Shown: piece by piece, positions 19,447-21,838 of the stretch
Layout: each line of letters starts with the position of its first letter
Numbering within the stretch: the first letter of the stretch is position 1
Source: a virus
DNA length: 21,838 nucleotides
Virus record (IMG/VR): IMGVR_UViG_3300023371_000434
Reading direction: 5' to 3' (one strand)
Notes under the pieces: model-generated
Told to the model about the DNA's origin: nothing
Database searches by the model: none
Seen by the model: the letters and a program-made list of their open reading frames with translations, nothing else
Translations under genes and position numbers: made by a program

Positions 19447-19593
19447 TCTACACCTCCCTGGTTTTGTTTTACTGTACTTATTATATCAGAGCAACTGAAC
19501 TTGTCAATAGTTTTTCGAAAAAAGTTTTTTATAACTGAACTATCGTTAGAAGCTGTAAGAAAAAAAATTTTTATTGTTTACTTTTTCTGAACT
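19225..19593. promoter_or_regulatory. Four direct CTGAACT repeats (candidate CI/Cro operators)
   Basis: CTGAACT at 19225-19231, 19495-19501, 19535-19541 and 19587-19593. Copies two and four sit inside the two promoter spacers. Confidence 0.45.
19480..19507 (-). promoter_or_regulatory. Early leftward promoter (PR-like)
   Basis: Minus strand has TTGACA (19507..19502), a 16-nt spacer, then TATAAT (19485..19480). The spacer contains one CTGAACT operator-like repeat. Confidence 0.6.
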
Positions 19594-19605
19594 ATATGTT
19601 AGAAT
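19577..19605 (+). promoter_or_regulatory. Repressor/integrase promoter (PRM-like)
   Basis: TTTACT (19577-19582), a 17-nt spacer, then TAGAAT (19600-19605) with an upstream TGT. The spacer contains a CTGAACT repeat. Confidence 0.45.
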
Positions 19606-19625
19606 ATTATTAGGAGTGATTTTAA

Positions 19626-20600
19626 ATGAATGAAGAAAAACCTATTATTGCTGAACGTATAAAAATTCTAAGAAAAGAAAAAGGATACACACAGGAACAG
19701 CTTGCTGATAAATTAGGATTAAACGCAAAATCAAGTATTGCTAACTATGAAAGTGGGGCAAATGCACCTAGCGATGAGATAAAATCTAAAATGTGTGAAT
19801 TGTTTGGATGTTCTATGGATTATCTAGTAGGAAAAAGTGAATTTAAAACAATTGAAGAAGATTTTGATAATTATTCTATTACTCAAAATAAACTTATTAT
19901 ATTGAAAACTATTGAAAGATATCATTCGGAATACGTTATCACATATTCTTTAAAAGAAGAGGATGTAGATTTTATAGTTGATGTATTGTGCAATATTAAT
20001 CAAAATAACATAAAAGAAAAAAAAGAAAAAATAGATAAATATGTTAATTCTTTTGATAAAGATGATAGAAAAGGAATTAGAGAATTTATAAATATAATTA
20101 TTAAAGAGTTAATAGAAGATTTAAAAGTTAAAAGTGTATTTCATTATTTTTATTCTTTAATAGATAACAAGAAAGAGAATATAAATAATATTTTACCAAA
20201 CAAATTTTATATGACGCCAGTATATGGACGTATATCTGCAGGACAACCTAATTGGGCTGAGGAATGTATTGAAGGTCGTATTCCTATTGACCCTGAAATG
20301 ATGAATATTACTAATCCAGAAGAATGTTTTTTCTTAAAAGTAAATGGTGAAAGTATGAATAAGGAAATTAAAAATGGCGCTTATGCCTTAATTAGAAAAA
20401 CTGATTTTGTAGAAAATGGTGATATAGCCGTTGTTTTAGTTAATGGATTTGATGCTACACTAAAGAAATTCTCAAAGCAAGGAGATTTGATTATATTAGA
20501 ACCATTAAGCAATGACCCTTCATTTAATACACAAGTATATAATAAAGATACTGAGATAAAAGTTATAGGGAAATATATTGGTAAAATGGAGATGAAATAA
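19626..20600 (+). CDS. CI/LexA-type repressor (XRE HTH + long central region + S24 peptidase)
   Basis: 324 aa. N-terminal IKILRKEKGYTQEQLADKLGL (HTH). C-terminal GRISAGQP...VNGESM...ATLKKF gives the S24 Ser/Lys dyad context. About 120 aa of unassigned sequence lies between the two domains. Confidence 0.85.
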   Translation: MNEEKPIIAERIKILRKEKGYTQEQLADKLGLNAKSSIANYESGANAPSDEIKSKMCELFGCSMDYLVGKSEFKTIEEDFDNYSITQNKLIILKTIERYHSEYVITYSLKEEDVDFIVDVLCNINQNNIKEKKEKIDKYVNSFDKDDRKGIREFINIIIKELIEDLKVKSVFHYFYSLIDNKKENINNILPNKFYMTPVYGRISAGQPNWAEECIEGRIPIDPEMMNITNPEECFFLKVNGESMNKEIKNGAYALIRKTDFVENGDIAVVLVNGFDATLKKFSKQGDLIILEPLSNDPSFNTQVYNKDTEIKVIGKYIGKMEMK

Positions 20601-21655
20601 TGGCAGGAACAATAAGAAAAAGAGGTAAAAATAGTTATTATCTTGAATATATGTGCGAAGGAGAAAGATATTCTCAAACAATTAAAGCTGATTCTAAAAC
20701 TGAAGCTAATAAAAAACTAGCTCAATTCATATCCGAAGTCGAAAAAGGGACTTATCTTTCTTCAAATTTATCTTTTACTGAATTAGCTCAAATGTTTTTA
20801 GATAAATACGCAAAGAATAATTTGTCAGATACAACTGTAATCAACTATAAATATCAACTTAATAAACATATCCTTCCTGAGATAGGACATTATAAAATAA
20901 ATACTCTAAAAAAACTTCATATTCAAGATTTAGCTAATAAAGAATGTGAAGAATATAATTTAGCATCTAAAACCATAAAAAACGATATAAAGCTAATTTC
21001 AGCAATTTTAGAAAAAGGTATTGAGTGGGAATTATTACAATCTAATGTTGCTCATAAAGTTGCTATTCCTAATAATAAGAATAAGCCCAAAAAAGAACAA
21101 GAAATTTATAATAATGAAGAAATAAAGTTATTATTTGATGTTTTAGATAAAACAGAAGACCCATTTAAAACTATGGTGTACGTGTCTTTTTATACTGGTG
21201 CTCGACGTGGCGAAGTATTAGCTTTACGTTGGAAAGATATAGATTTTAATAACAATATTATTCATATACAACAAAATAAAGTTAGAACTGTCAACGGAAC
21301 AACATTTAAAGAGACTAAAAATAAACGTACAAGAGAATTTGTTGCTCCAGAAATATTGATGAAGAAATTAAAAGAATTTTACAGCAATCAAGATAAAGAT
21401 GATTTATTATTTAATATATACCCATCAACTTACAGCAGACAATGGACTAGCTTTGTAAAGAAAAACAATTTAAAATATATTACTTTACATGATTTAAGAC
21501 ATACAAATGGAAGTCTATTAGCATCTAAAGGAGTAGATATAGTAACAATAGCTAAAAGACTTGGTCATCTTCCTGCAACTGCTTCTGCTTATTATTTACA
21601 TGCAATATCTGAAGAAGATAAAAAAGCCAGTCAAAAACTTGACGATTTATTTTAA
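20600..21655 (+). CDS. int: Tyrosine recombinase (phage integrase)
   Basis: 351 aa. GARRGEVLALRW (Arg I), HDLRHT (His-x-x-Arg), LGH...AYYLH (His/Tyr). One-base overlap (TAATG) with the repressor stop. Confidence 0.9.
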   Translation: MAGTIRKRGKNSYYLEYMCEGERYSQTIKADSKTEANKKLAQFISEVEKGTYLSSNLSFTELAQMFLDKYAKNNLSDTTVINYKYQLNKHILPEIGHYKINTLKKLHIQDLANKECEEYNLASKTIKNDIKLISAILEKGIEWELLQSNVAHKVAIPNNKNKPKKEQEIYNNEEIKLLFDVLDKTEDPFKTMVYVSFYTGARRGEVLALRWKDIDFNNNIIHIQQNKVRTVNGTTFKETKNKRTREFVAPEILMKKLKEFYSNQDKDDLLFNIYPSTYSRQWTSFVKKNNLKYITLHDLRHTNGSLLASKGVDIVTIAKRLGHLPATASAYYLHAISEEDKKASQKLDDLF

Positions 21656-21670
21656 TTTTTTTTACCCTTA

Positions 21671-21692
21671 ATTACGTCAAAATTACGTCAAA
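21671..21692 (+). repeat. Tandem 11-mer ATTACGTCAAA x2 (candidate integrase arm-type sites)
   Basis: Perfect tandem copies at 21671-21681 and 21682-21692, between int and the tRNA. Confidence 0.4.
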
Positions 21693-21703
21693 ACGCAAAA
21701 ATA

Positions 21704-21737
21704 GGATACAGTGTAAACGCTGTATCCCTTTATTTTC
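21704..21737. terminator. Bidirectional rho-independent terminator (int on +, tRNA on -)
   Basis: GGATACAG-tgtaaacg-CTGTATCC (21704-21727). T-runs follow on both strands: CTTTATTTTC on plus, TATTTTTGCGTTTTG on minus. Confidence 0.65.
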
Positions 21738-21738
21738 A

Positions 21739-21813
<75 letters not shown>

Positions 21814-21838
21814 AAATTACTTATATATTTTAACATGT

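Overview
This AT-rich window (Firmicutes- or Fusobacteria-like composition) is almost entirely one end of a temperate HK97-like siphovirus prophage sitting beside a tRNA-Gly gene. Reading right to left: tRNA-Gly (-), then integrase and a CI/LexA-type repressor (+), then a divergent Cro-like/Xis-like switch. Next comes a long leftward lytic unit with SNF2 helicase, VRR-NUC, a Cas4-like PD-(D/E)XK nuclease, a Sak4-like ATPase, DUF669 and a primase-helicase with an iteron cluster. This is followed by small genes including a NUMOD4-HNH endonuclease, an ArpU/RinA-type late activator, and a small accessory island (RHH protein, a GC-rich 42-aa zinc-finger peptide with its own promoter and terminator, and about 0.5 kb with no convincing ORF). 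The left end holds HNH, TerS, TerL, portal, ClpP-type protease, HK97 capsid and connector genes.

Main observation: several recognisable proteins that the ORF track shows as fragments are broken at nine places. Every break is at an in-frame CGG followed by A (7 sites) or G (2 sites). Skipping one base there (equivalently, reading CGGR as one four-base codon) restores a single ORF each time. In three well-known motifs the restored residue is the expected glycine. I found no CGG used as an ordinary sense codon anywhere else in the window.

The adjacent tRNA-Gly has the anticodon loop CUUCCGA, with G rather than the usual A at position 37. Its loop therefore carries 5'-UCCG-3', exactly complementary to CGGA. 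Its anticodon stem also has a mismatch, which would fit a host/phage chimeric tRNA formed at the att junction.

I interpret this as candidate programmed +1 or quadruplet recoding that gates the phage replication and recombination genes. Sequencing error and random pseudogenisation fit the data poorly, but neither can be excluded from sequence alone.
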